A DNA stretch of 64,000 nt from Glaucostegus cemiculus (taxonomy: Eukaryota), in the NCBI GenBank assembly GCA_976551045.1, contig CDPCPM010000029.1:5084001-5148000 (forward strand), read 5' to 3'. Positions 12,125 to 25,279 of the stretch are shown piece after piece; position 1 is the stretch's first letter, and each line of letters begins with the position of its first letter. Position numbers and translations under genes: made by a program. The notes beneath the pieces were generated by a model. The model did not search any database. It was not told the DNA's origin and worked only from the letters and a program-made list of their open reading frames with translations.

Positions 12125-12312
12125 AGAAAGTAAGATCAATAGATTTTTAGATGATAAGAGGATCAAGACATCAGAGGTCAACAGATTTTTATATATTAAA
12201 GAAATAAAGGGTATGGGGTTAGTGCAGAGATAAAATATCAGCCACGATCTGGTTAAATGGCAGAACATGTGCAAGAAAATGAATAACCTATACCTGCTTT
12301 AATTTCTCATGA
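12125..12312 (+). mobile_element. CR1 LINE 3' tail
   Basis: INRFLDDKRIK / VNRFLYIKEIKG (partly duplicated), then the atcagccacgatct...aatggcaga tail. Confidence 0.7.
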
Positions 12313-13827
12313 CTCTAGAAACCAAAATGGCTTGGTAGAAAAACAAGATCACTTAAAAATAGGTCATCTTAGCACGTGTATCATTATAGCAATTTAACAA
12401 GCCAATAACAGAGATATTTTTATGGATTCTGCAACTATTATGAAGGCAAACATTGTTACAGGCAGAATAATATTTAGGGAATCAATGAAATGAATGGTTT
12501 AGTGAAAGCTATACAATGCAATTGTAAAAGGAATGGTGTTCAGCTTTCAATCGCAGTGTTCTGTAAGTCAACACTTTTTCACTTAGGCAACAGAACACAG
12601 CACCAGTTAAAAACAATGACACTTCTGTCATCCAAAACTGATCTCTATAAAGCAACCTAAAGGTAAGACAAAAGATGTTGCAGTCAACGTGCTGTGTCCA
12701 GAAGTCTCGAGAGCATAGTACACTGTACGGCCCTTTGTGTTAATGGCGATTGAACCTTCTTTCTGACTATACCCTTGTCCTGGTTATTCTTTTGTAATTT
12801 TACTCTTCCCTGGCTTACTGCCATTATTCAAGTTCATTGTAATGCCTCTGTCTATCACAATATTTCATACATTAGCTTACATTATTTTAACTATCTCATC
12901 AATGAGAAAAGTGTAAGATAGCTGATCTCCTATCACCCATCTTACACATCAAGATGGAATCATTAAATATATTTATATTTTTTGCAGTGATCATTTATGA
13001 TTTGCATTTTTCCAATTTCAGAATATCATTGATAGTTACATGAATAGGTGCAATCAATAATTTCCTGCATCATCGCAAATAAAAACACAGTCTTTTTGGC
13101 CAATGGCTGTGTGCCTTATAAAGTTTTTGCAATTCTTTTCCTAAAGCAATATGATTACCCCAAATGACTGATTTACGCCTTGTGTCTGTGATGTCTTCAA
13201 ACCTGCCTTAGCATAGACACTGAAATTAATGGCAACCTTCTATTTAAAATTAAGTGCAATAGCAACACTTTATTGTCCCCATAGTTAGCTTTGCTACAAA
13301 CTAGGGGTATATAACACTGTGAAACAAATGTCTGTTGTAGTTTATTAGTGTTCTAGGACTCATTGTTATATCTGAATCATACAGAATCGTGATTTGAAAA
13401 GCCATGTTTAATTCCTAGCTTCTGTGTTTGATTAGATCATGTCTTTCAATTATCTTTAATCTCTCCCTTCCCTAGCCCCTCACCCCTCCTTTATTCTTCT
13501 TTCCTGAGTCTTCATACATTCGATGTCATACATGGTAGTCATGCTAGTTATACAAGTTAAATGATAACATATTCTAAGTCTGGAGCCCTCTATTTTCCAA
13601 TATCTTTTCACATGTTTCTTTTCAAATACTTTACCAGTTCTTGTTATGTTATGTTGTGGTCTCCTTCTCAGTACTCAAATGGTAAACTGAGTAAAAGCAT
13701 TGCATCTTCTAATAATCAACTTTTTTAAAAAAAATCACCCTAACTTAATCTGTCATAATTCTGGTGATTAGACTGGAGTTGTTAGCTTTTCCTACCATTT
13801 GACCAAGTGAAATCAATCAATCATCAC

Positions 13828-13870
13828 ATATTCCATAAGATTTCCTTTCAAAGGAAATCTTATGGAATAT
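13828..13870. repeat. Perfect palindrome, 21-bp arms, 1-nt spacer
   Basis: ATATTCCATAAGATTTCCTTT-C-AAAGGAAATCTTATGGAATAT. Confidence 0.97.
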
Positions 13871-16699
13871 TTGAAAATTAACTTTATTTCAGGATATAAA
13901 GACTACTTTTTCTTGATCCTGTTGTAATCCTCATGATTTATTGTTATATCCATACTATTTTACATTTTGTTTTGAATTGTATTCAATTGTCCAACTGGGG
14001 CCTAACAAATTTAACATTACTTCCTTTTGCTTTTACATTCAATAATGTTATCATCAGCCTACTTTGGCTAGTACCATTCATGTTTTCTAAATCAGATGTT
14101 TGTAGGTACAAACCCCACATTAGAGTGTAATCCATACTAATATCAAGGTAAAGTATCATTCCTGTATTTGAAATGGCATTTTTCAGGTGAGGGATTGAGA
14201 TAAGTATGTGCCTTCATCACATGCCACTTTACTGTCTGCTGTAGAATTCACTTGACTTTGAGCCTATTAATTTCAATGGAATGAAAACTGTTCATATTTT
14301 TTCATGAATGGATAATCCATACTGCTGATTTCTGTCTGGGCTTGGAATGTAAATGTTTACTCCATTAGATCTGAGAAAAATGTCTTTTAGGTGAATGGGT
14401 AACATACGAAGGTGCCTTTTGCTAAAGACCAAAGAATCCCAAGCTATTCTCCCTCAATCTTGGAATGCAGCAAAAGTAGCATATATAAAGCCAACTTCTT
14501 CCATCTCCAAATCCAGCTCTCTCACTCTGTCTAAAACAGGTGATCCCAATTTAAAGTTGTGAAAATAAGTCAATTGCATGTTATATCTGGCTCTTACAAT
14601 GCAAGCACAGCAGGACATCTACCTTTCTGTCCCATTTGCTCAGCTTTCTTCTGGTTGACATCTAAAGCAGGAATCCATAACTCCACTATCTCTTTTGTCA
14701 CCATATCACATTCCAGTGCTCCTCTTTATGCATATTATTCATACAACTAATATGAACCAGAATGGTTGATCTTTCCCTCAAGCTGATCCCTTCAGATAAT
14801 TACTATCTCCCGCTCTCTCTTTGGTTAAACCCTTTTGTTAATTCCTCTGTTTCACTGATTTCTTTTCTTAATCTCTTGCTTCCTTTCTCTACTTTGCTTT
14901 GATATCATTAGTCTCTGGTGATCTGTCTCTGTCTCATCTTCCTGCCATTGATCCTCTCCCTGGTGTCATCTAATCCCAGATGGATTCTTCCTCTGCTTTG
15001 TACATTTGCCAGCAGCTAATTTTGGTCCAGGAAACATTGTACTATGGCACAGACAAATCAGAATTCATTTCTGGCTCTTTGATGCATTGTTTTCTTGTTG
15101 CAAAGTGTATGACATAAGTAACCCAGTTACCATGCTAAGTGTATTCAGTAACAACAAGCATGGCTTCACATAAACAATCAGCTTACTTGTACTGCTGTAC
15201 TACCAGCTTCCACTTTTCTGATATATTGTCATCATTGAACAATTTGAAAACAAAAATAACCTTGCAATTAATGTACCATTTTATCAACCAAAAAATTAAT
15301 TACATCTCAACACTCAAACACATGTGGCAAACCTAATGATGTAACCTGTAGCACCACATAGCTACTTATACCAAAGAGGTGCAAATTTCCTGTTATGTGG
15401 AAATGTGCCCTTCAAGCAAGGTGAAATTCAGGAGAAAGTGATTGGAATTTAGATTATTATTTGATGACTCCTCCAGGTACAGCTGCCCCTAATAGTTTAA
15501 ATTTCAGCAGATATTCTTGATTATTGCATCATTCAAACGGATTTTATTACTAAACTTATGTTGCATTTGATTATCCTTTGATAAAACCAATATTTCAGGA
15601 ATGTTGTCCACCAACAACTGTTATGCATGGTCAAGAAACATAAAAGAGGGGTTTGATTCTGTTTCAAAAAATCCATGGATGACCCCGAGTTACTACTGAC
15701 TGTTCTTCCTGGCTTGTAGTTGAATTCATTCCAGGTCAGCATACTTACTAATTCCTAAGCAGTCATTATCATTCCAGAGTGAAAATGCTTCATTTGTTCA
15801 TAACATGCCATTAACAAGACCTTAATGAGCAAATGTATAAAAAAATAATTATTTTCATTAGTTTGAACTCAGTATTTAACAAGGTTGAAAATGCTAAACA
15901 GTATTAATACAACCATCAGATAACATTTTTACAATTTACCCAGTTTTCTTCCACTTAAACCATTAATCTGTGGCAATTAGTGTTAATACCCAATTAAAAA
16001 AAAGTTTAATGCGGATGTTTTTTCATCCCCCAAGCTCTGCAGTCACATCTTAGGGTCAGTAAAGTAAATTCTCACTCATCTTCTGTTACTACTAAAAATA
16101 TCTACTGGATGCTCACAATTTGAGTCCAGGCATGAAACCATCAAGATTTAAAATGAATTAAAATTTGCTATTTATAGCAAGTGCAGTAAAGAAAATAGCC
16201 ATATGCAAATGTGTATCAAAACGTTAGCCAAAAAGTCTAATAGGATTAATTTGTTAATTGGAAACTCCAACTTGGTAATGCTAAAATATTAATTAAGAGC
16301 ATAAAAACTGCTGACGGGATCATTTGTTTTACTATTTCAAAACATTTGTGATGGAGCATTGAACCTTGTCACAATAATCTAGTATTCTGAAGAAAAATTA
16401 AGGTAATTTGGAGATGAGAGAAATTAGAGTTAAATTTCACATGCTTTCATAATGGATATTAAAAAGTTAGGGATATTCCAAAAGAATAATAACTTCACAA
16501 GCTCTGTTTCATGGTCAAAATTTGTAGCATTGTTAGTACAGTACATTTCTACAAAAACAGTGACTTGAGTCCATCATAAGGCCTTCAGGGAAGAGAGGGA
16601 TCCAGATATATTGATTCCCACATCAGTTTCACCTGTCAACAAAACATCACTCCCAGTATTCAATACAGATAACCTACCCTATGAGGGCAGAAATGAGCC

Positions 16700-17020
16700 A
16701 TACCAGATTGAGTGGATGCCCTATCACCGATGAAAAATTAATATTAAAGGATTTCTAGTCAACCAGGTGTACATATGCTATTCAATTAAATGGGAGGTGG
16801 TTATGTTCTCTATTGCTGAATATAGTTATTTCCAATAATACTTGCTATTCATCATCCCAATCCTAGAACATGTCCAAATCTTGCTGCATGTAGGCACGGT
16901 CTTCTCATTCTATTAAGAATTGAAAATGGATCTGAACACTATGCAATTGTAGCACTTAGCACCATTTCTTATTTGGATAGAGGGAAGGGTATTGGTGTGC
17001 AACTTGATGTGTAAGGACAG
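16700..17020 (-). mobile_element. Old CR1-like LINE fragment
   Basis: gtccaaatcttgctgcatgtagg...ctgaacactatgcaat resembles 33860-33960 of the long CR1 relic. Confidence 0.55.
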
Positions 17021-18649
17021 CATTATTAGGATTCACAGGCTAAAGAGTGGTATATATTTAACTGAACGTACCAGAAACTACTACAGTTATACCCAGAAGG
17101 ATGAATAAACTGAATGAACAAGAAACTCAAGGTTCCACAATCATGTGAAATGGAATTAAAGACTGGCATAGCAATGAAAAAGAATGCATGAGAAAAATAT
17201 CTTGTATTTGAAAAAAGTTTCATTTTCTCTAATGCATTATAGGTAGTGTACATTTATCCTCACCTCAATTAGTAATATGACTACTTATGAATAAGGAAAA
17301 CAATTTGTTTATATTTTTAAGAGTTCATCCATGTCTCATAAATCCCAAAAAATTTCCAATGAGTAGGTTTATTTTGAAGTACTGTCATTGATCTTTTGTA
17401 AGCAAATGAGAAAGCAACTTTCTCCAGCAAGGGTAAAACTAAATGAATAACCAGATAGCTTATTTTGGGATAGGAGGTTTGAAGGAATTCCATACAATGC
17501 CATAATATCTTCCATGTGCACCTGAAAGCAGACAAATTTAATTCTATATTATGTCCCATCTAGAAATAATACGCTTGATTCATTACACTGAAGTATCCAC
17601 CTGTATCAGACACTCAGGTCCTGACCTTCATGAGACAGGAATATAACCAACTGATGCTTGGGTAATAGAAAACAGTAGGGATTCTATCAAAAACCATTCG
17701 CTGAAGAGCTGTAGCAGCCTCAGAGGAATGATGCAAAACCTCAAATATGTCCAGATAATATTAAAAATGTCAATAATTTAAAACACCACAGGGACAAAGG
17801 GACTACAGTTATTCCAATTCCAAATGACTGCTTATGAACTCTGCCAGAAGTCTGATGAGATACCGGAGACCCTGATAGACATGGCCGCAACTTATACCGA
17901 GAGTTGCTATTCAACCTTACCCCTTCCCTTACAAAGGTGGTAATACAAAGAGCAGTGGGGCAAAGAAAAGGACTGTAGCTGAGCATTCCTAATGATGAGA
18001 GTTCTCACTCCACTGACCTTCATGAAATCTTTTTCTGTTGGGTTCACTGAGGTCATAAAATTAGAACTAGTATGCCATGTAAGATGAGAATTTTCTTTCA
18101 TTAATATTGGCCTGTGTGGAATCCTCTTTCCACCAAGCTCCTCCACTGGACAGGTGCAAACCTTTTTTCAATAATATCTAAGAAATTTATGCAATAGCAC
18201 AACTATGTAGAAGTCAAAAAAATAAGACTTCCTCACAATTACCCCATAAACTCTAGCAAGGCAATACTAGATGATACCAGTTGGTACAATCCTGTCATTA
18301 CTGCAAAGATTCTTTAAAATGATGGCAAAATAAATAGACCAGAGTCTACTATAAATGCATAATAAGCAATAGTACTTTGTGAATATGAATCTAGATCTCA
18401 CAACATTGTATCTAGCACACACATTTTTAATACATTCATTCAGCAAGGTTATTTCTCCATTATGGTCCAAGGTGGCAGATGGGGTTTTCAAAACTGTAGT
18501 ACCCTGTCTTTCATGTTACTGCCCTACAGGTTCATGGGTTACATCCAAGAGCAAGTCCAGGAGGGACCAAATGAAAAAGGGATGGACTGGTAGGGGGGAT
18601 CACGGTTCTCCAATATCCTATTCTTAGAATGTGATTAATCTCACTTCAA

Positions 18650-19000
18650 AGGCTCAAGCGCAATAAATGAAAATGATATACCAACGCAACAGAGAGAATG
18701 CTGCGCTGTTGACAGTGCAGTGTTTCGAATGAGGCAGAGCAATCTGCTTTTTCACATGAATGCAAAAGACACCCCCAGCAACATTTTGAATATGAGGAGG
18801 GGATATTTCACTGGTGACCTGGCGTCATTTGTCACTCATCAAAATAAGATTATCAATCATTGTCTCATCAGCACTTGTAGATCCTCACTGTTTGCAAGTT
18901 GGGTGCTCTGTTTCCTTAATTAAAACAAGTAACATTACATGATTTTAGGACAGCATGAAATGTTAGAAGGTGTCCTGTAAGTGCAAGTTTTTCTTCTTTC
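18650..19000 (+). mobile_element. Deu-type SINE relic
   Basis: gctgcgctgttgacagtgc...tttcgaatgag...tgtaagtgcaagtttttcttctttc; reverse-complement homologue of the 8010 and 61790 copies. Confidence 0.65.
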
Positions 19001-19874
19001 TAAATGTCACAAACATCAACAAAGCAGGGAATTACTTTTGCTATTCAATCTTTTTGTAATTCCTGTATGAGATGTGGGCTACATTGACAGCCTAATTGCT
19101 GTGGTACAGGTCACTGCCTTATACCACTGCAGTCTTTCAGTGCAGTTGCGTAGGGAGTTCTAGGATTTTGAGTCAGTGATGATGAAGGAACAATGATACA
19201 TTTCCAAGCCAAGGACTGTGGTAACAGGATCTCTTTTTATGTGAGTTGTCAATGTAAGTTGTTTAAGATAGGTATTATGAATGATACATCTTTGCCACTA
19301 ATATTATGTAAGCAAATTGGTCAAAAGTATACTTCTTCACTTACTAAACTGTTAAAACTCAAAGGACATCATTTCTCCTTCATGGGATAGATGGAACAGC
19401 TTGGCAATCATGCACTAAAAACAAGTAAGTGTTTTTTCCAACACCTCAGGGCTTCTTTGATGTGTTTTGTATTTCTCTTCGCTGTATTCCTTTTTTCTCT
19501 TACCACCCATTTGAGGTTGGTAATCGATTTCTGACAATCCTGTGGCATTTGTGGAATTTAAAAAATTTTGTCCGTTTTATGAGATTTCATGGTTAATGCG
19601 TATGTTTGCCCCTCAGTGACTGGCAACATTGTTTTCAAGCCATATCATCACTGAAGTTAATAAAACTGTTGACCAAAATGTACAGATCTCTCTTTGTAAA
19701 ATCAGGTTGCCTTCAAAATTATTACTTATTTTGTATCCTTTGCAGCTATGATTAACTCTCTTGAGCATGTATTTTCATGCAAAAATCTAATGTTGAAAAA
19801 TTCTAATTTAGTTCTGATCGGGTGTCCTAAATTAGGTGGCACATTAAAAAGTTGAATCTACATTATTCCTGTCA

Positions 19875-21080
19875 TTTTGTTTTAATTTCAAAAATAAATG
19901 TTATTCGTAAAAAATATATACAAGAAATACAAAATAGTGCATGGATAGTGTCTCCAGTCTATACATTCATAGTGTTGTCAAATCTATGCATTTGTAGTTT
20001 CACCTAGTTAATACATTCTCGTGGGCTCTTTGGACAATACACGCTTCAAGTATTTGTGGACTATTATGCAGGACCCAGTCCCTCAGTGTCGTGATGCAGA
20101 AGGCCATTAGATTGCAGTCCTTCCCCACAAAGCCTTTGTATTGGTTGCGCCAAGTTGCATTGCATCCCTAAACATATAGTCCTGCAGCCTGGAATGTGCC
20201 AGGTGGCAGCAGTTCCTTCTGGACATCTCATTGTACTGGAAGAACAGCAAGTTTTGGGCAGATCGAAGAGCACGTTTCACTGAGTTGATGATCTTCCGCA
20301 GCATTTGATGTTTGTCTCACTATGCATCCCTGGGAACTCCCTGTAGACCAGTGCATCATCTGTAACACAGCTGCTCAGGACAAACTTGGACAAAGATCCT
20401 TGCATCCTTTTTCAGATCTTCTTTGCAAATGCATAGTCCACAAAGAGGTGGACAATTATCTCATCCACATCACACACATCCCAAGGACAGCATGCATTAG
20501 GAGTGAGATTCCAACTGTGCAGGAAGGATCTGACAGGGAGGGCCCCTCTCACTGCCAGCCAAGTGAGGTCTTTCTGCTTGTTGGTGAGTTCTGGCAATGA
20601 GACATTGTGCCAAATGGTTTTGACAGTCTGCTTTGGAAACCATTCACAGGATATATCATATTCATCACCCACATGTCCTGCATTATGTTCCATGCTGAGC
20701 ACTGCCTGGTGGACTCGTGGTCAAAGGTGTTTGTGAAAGAAATTTTCCACGAAGGACAAGTAATACGGCAAAGTCCAACTGAATGGAACATTGCACAGCA
20801 ATGTAGAACCTCAGTACATGGTGACACTTGGTATTTTCATACTTCCATCCTATGCATGGGTAGATGCAGCCACTTGCATAGGTGACCATCAGGACAAGGG
20901 CAATGTTGGATACAATCGCCCTCCAGCCTCCCCCGATGTCCTCTGGAGACTTAGGTATCTCGACCCATCGGACACACCCCAGCTTGCATGCCCAGATGAA
21001 ATGGAATATGGCTCAGGTGATTGCCACAACGGAGGAGTGGGGTCTGGGCTAGACCTGCATCATGTACAGCCACAATGAGG
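19875..21080 (-). mobile_element. Tx1/L1-clade LINE, ORF2 C-terminus and 3' end
   Basis: AIFHFIW; SLPELTNKQKDLTWLAVRGALPVRSFLH...CP..VC..DE.IVHLF (zf-RVT-like); KIINSVK.AL.SA.NLLFFQ...SRLQDY; A-rich 3' end near 19875-19900. Confidence 0.88.
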
Positions 21081-21257
21081 GCAATGTTCAAGGTGAGGCA
21101 GAAGACAAGGAAGAGAATAACTTTGAGACCGTTTTCTGATTGAGTGACTGCCTGATGAAAACTTAATCTGCTGACACAGAGGTGGATCTTTGTGCTGATC
21201 AGGGAACTGATCTAATGCCCCTTTCCTGCAAATATAACCTGCTATAACCTGCTCATC

Positions 21258-21760
21258 ATGACAAACTTCTCTGGAGGAAAATAAAACATTCGCAACACTA
21301 ACAGGATGACAATGAAGGATCTCAGTGATTGGGAACCCCTTCAACTGTGACCTCTTCATGAGGAAGGTTCTGAGGAAAGGCTGCAGGTTTGAGAATAAGA
21401 ACATGCACTTTTTCCAGGATTTGCCAGTAATTTTGATGTTACTTTCAAGGAAGGCAGAAGCTGCTACAAGATTTCTGGGAGAGAAGTGAAACTGCACTGT
21501 CACTGCTCAAGATAATATGCTCTTCATCTTCTCCAAGCAGAAAGAGTGTACGATCACTGTACATAAGTTTGACCCACATGTTAATGTCATACATGTACTA
21601 ACTTTTCTGTGCCGATACATTAAGGGAGCAGGAAACTGCATTAACATGAAAGACTACTATGGGACCTGGATGAGCAAACACCAGGTCAAAGTCACACTGA
21701 AGGCTGACGAAAGGGGTATAATCATCCACCCTCAGTGTTTGCAATGGGAGGAAATCATTC
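21258..21760 (+). pseudogene. Tx1-clade ORF1 N-terminal region (ZCCHC3-like), decayed
   Basis: NIRNT.RMTMK; FMRKVLRKGCRF...FQDLP; FDVTFK...C; ITVHKFDPHV...VLTFLCRYI...KDYYGTWMSKHQVKVTLKADERGIIIHP; FAMGG. Confidence 0.78.
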
Positions 21761-23172
21761 CTCAGCCCTCCCTGAGCTAATTTTCTAAAATGGTCATCGT
21801 AAAGAACTAATTTGAAAGTTAAAAAATATTACATTTTAGCCACATCTCTGAAATGGTGATTTTTTTTTTAGAAAAACAGAGAACTTGGAGGAGAACTGAA
21901 AGGAATAGCAGCCATTTGAAATTTAGTATTTGCAGTTGGACTGGAAAAAATGAATTCAAACTCCAGAGCAGAAGTAAGTCTGAACAAAAAACAACACTGG
22001 GACTAGAGCTTAAAAGATATCATAGACTGAAGTTAAAAATACAAGCATGTGAAAGTAAAAGAAATTCAATTAGAGAGGAGTACTTAAACTCTCAAATACA
22101 CTGGGTGACACCAAAAATAGGGAATGAAACTGTTGACGCTGAAGTTAAAAGGAAACAACAAATCTATATTTAGAAATTGTGGGTGGATATTATAAAAGGA
22201 TAAATACCAGTCTTATGAGTAAAATAAAATGAGTAAGATCAGCAGTAGGACTTAAAAATATAAATGCCAGGCATAGGAGCACATTTAGGAAGAGTTGCAT
22301 TAAAAACATGCGAAACACAAGCTATGGGAGTTGCTTTTAAAAAGGAGACAAACATAGGGAAAAACAGTAGAAAATTATGCAGCAGGAATTGTCTGAAGAA
22401 TACACAAAAAAAAAGACAAGAGTGAGAAAACTATATTAGAAGCAGACTAAGGAAATGAACAAAATCAGAATCCAACTAAAAAACAAGATATAAACAGATA
22501 CTATGATCTGAACTTAAAATATTTACTAATGTCAAGAAGGAATACCCAATAAAAACAGTAGGAGCTATGATAAGAAAAATTACAAGCATCAGGAGCAAAC
22601 CAAGAGTAATGCAATGTGACACAGAGTTGAGTGCTATATCTAGGCAGGGATATAAACTGGATTTGGGCATGTGTAGCAAGTGCAAGAAGAAAAAGGAATG
22701 GAAGATGCTTAAAGAAAACTTCAGAGGGACGTTGTCACATTCTAGGCATTATCTTCAAAATCAGCTTTGAAATACACTGGCATACCATATACCCAAACTG
22801 ACCAATTTCAGCCATGCCACTACCATCACCACTCCAACCCCATCCCCATCTCCACATCTTGATCCACAGTTCCTCTTCTGCAGTTGCCCCTATACTCTCA
22901 TTTTCTTACGATTAAGTTTTATCCTGACATTGTATCTTTTACTGTGGCACGAATTCCTCATCTCAGCATATCGTCAGACCCTTTGTGTCACTTCTTTGGC
23001 TTTCATCCATCTGGCCTTCACCTCTTAATATCTGAGGCTTGTTTAAAAGAATGTCATTCACTTTTTTTTTAAACAAGCATTCATCAAATGCTTCCCCCAA
23101 ATATTATCCAAATGCTACTACTCCCTATTTTGTTTTGCCCATTCTGCCTATGCATATCAGTAGGTCACATTC

Positions 23173-23432
23173 AAGATAAGATAAGATATCCTTATTAGTC
23201 ACATGTACATCAAAACACACAGTGAAATGCATCTTTTGCATAGTGAATTGGGGGGCGGCCCGCAAGTGTCGCCACACTTCCGGCGCCAACATAGGATGCC
23301 CATAACTTCCCATCGGAGGAAACCCACACAGACACGGGGAGAATGTACAAACTCCTTGCAGACAGCAGCAGGAATTGAACACAGGTCGCTGGTGTTCTAA
23401 CAGCATTACGCTTACCGCTACACTACCGTGCC
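23173..23432 (-). mobile_element. tRNA-derived V-SINE (HE1-like head) with internal deletion
   Basis: A and B boxes on the minus strand, part of the V-domain (gtgtctgtgtgggtttcctcc), (tctta)n tail. Confidence 0.88.
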
Positions 23433-24282
23433 TTTGATACAAAACTTACATCAATCTGTGTTTTAAATTTAATATTTATATCGTCAATCAGTTCAATCCA
23501 CCAGAAAAACTGAGCAAATCACTTTACCCCTATGAAGTTACTGCAAAAATAGATCGAAACCCGGTGGATGTAACTTGTGTTACAGTTAAATGTTGACACT
23601 TTTGCAATGTGATCTCCCATCAGGACAATACAGCATAGGATTTGATGATCCATATTGAAAGAGAATGTTACAAACAGCTCTGCTACTTCAATACATAATA
23701 GATGTTGGTGTTTGGAAGGAAGACTGTTGCAAGCTTTCAGACAGGTCATTTCCTTTTTACAATCTGCAAACCCATTTCTGGGCCAAAGACTTTGTTCAGT
23801 CCTTGTGCTTTTCTACCTCCTATTCTCAAAGCTTCAAATTATTTTTTTTCTCAAACCTTACCCATAATTCAACTTCCTGAAAAGTGACCAGATGCTAATT
23901 GCTACAGAAGGTTTTATACATTAGCTATATTGTTAAATGCAAAGGGATGAAATTTATAAATATTGTTTGCTACAAAGGAATGTAAAAAACTTTGATTTTG
24001 CTTTCCTCAACATGGTTGAATTATCTGAACCAACTGAATTATACTGCCCAAATCTGACGATTAAAAATTCATGATCTGTAACATGGAAAACCTTTGTTCA
24101 GACAAACAGATGGCTATAATCATTAAAGCTTATCTGAAGTGAAGACAGAAAATGGTATGAGGAAAAGAGAAAGTTCTAAAATTTCCTGGGAGAGATCTTC
24201 CTGCCATAACTAGCAGGTGATCAGGAGGAAAACCTAGGTAAACAGTAATAAAAAAGGTGAAAATGGTCACATAATTTCACTT

Positions 24283-24585
24283 ATAAGAGATAAGATATCT
24301 TTATTGAACACATCTACATCGAAACACACAGTGAAATGTATCTTTTTTGTGTAGTATTCTGAGGGCAGCCCGCAAGTGTCGCCATGCTTCCGGCGCCAAC
24401 ATAACATGCTCACAACTTCCTAACCCGTACGTCTTCGGAATGTGGGAGGAAACCGGAGCACCCGGAGGAAACCCACGCAGTCATGGAGAGAACATACAAA
24501 CTCCTTACAGGCAGTGGCTGGAATTGAACCTGGGTCACCGGCGCTGTAAAGCATTACACTAACTGCTACACTATCGTGCCTGCCC
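24283..24585 (-). mobile_element. tRNA-derived V-SINE
   Basis: Same family as 23173 and 61166; ggaggaaaccggagcacccggaggaaaccc is the V-domain in reverse. Confidence 0.9.
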
Positions 24586-25279
24586 ACGGTATCCTCTGGC
24601 TGATGTCAAGGTAGGAAATTGCAAGAACTTCTACGAAAACACACAACTGAAAACGTGTTCTTGGTGCATATTTTACTCTGCTTCTGAAATTCAGTCACAC
24701 TAATTTCAATCCGAAATGGAGCATTAACACACACCACAACTGCGCTTGGTATTTTGAGCTTCTGGTTAAGCATGAACTTCTTCCCCAATATGGACATATC
24801 TTATTTTTCCAATTACCTCCACAGCACAAATCTAAATCTAAGTTTCTTGCATATTTTCTACCCACAACCAAGGCCTTTTCTTTCAAGATATTGAAACTCC
24901 TACTTGGAGGTATTGATTCTACATCCAATCATTTATTATCTATGAATCATGAGGTTAACTATTCTAATATAACTCAGTTTTGTTAATTTGAATACCAAAG
25001 ATTAAAACAGACAGGCACGTATGGTCAGATTTCTGCATGCTATTTTTACTGCTTTTTTGAATCATATTGATATTTCTAGATGTTTGGAATGACAGAATAT
25101 TATAATTATTTTAGTTAGTGCTACACATGATATACAATGAACAATTATAATTTTTAATAGGAAAAAAGATGGTTTTCAAATGGAAGTCTGCAAAGTAACA
25201 GAATCTTGAGCAATGAGGAGTCATGATAAAAAATGCATGGTTAAAGAAATATCTCAGATTGCTAGAAGTGACAAAAAAA

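Noticed and set aside
17741-18146. Two overlapping ~80-aa minus-strand ORFs as host exons
   Set aside because: No recognisable domain or splice context; lengths are compatible with chance.
21060-21503. 147-aa minus-strand ORF as a gene
   Set aside because: It is the antisense shadow of the plus-strand Tx1 ORF1 relic.
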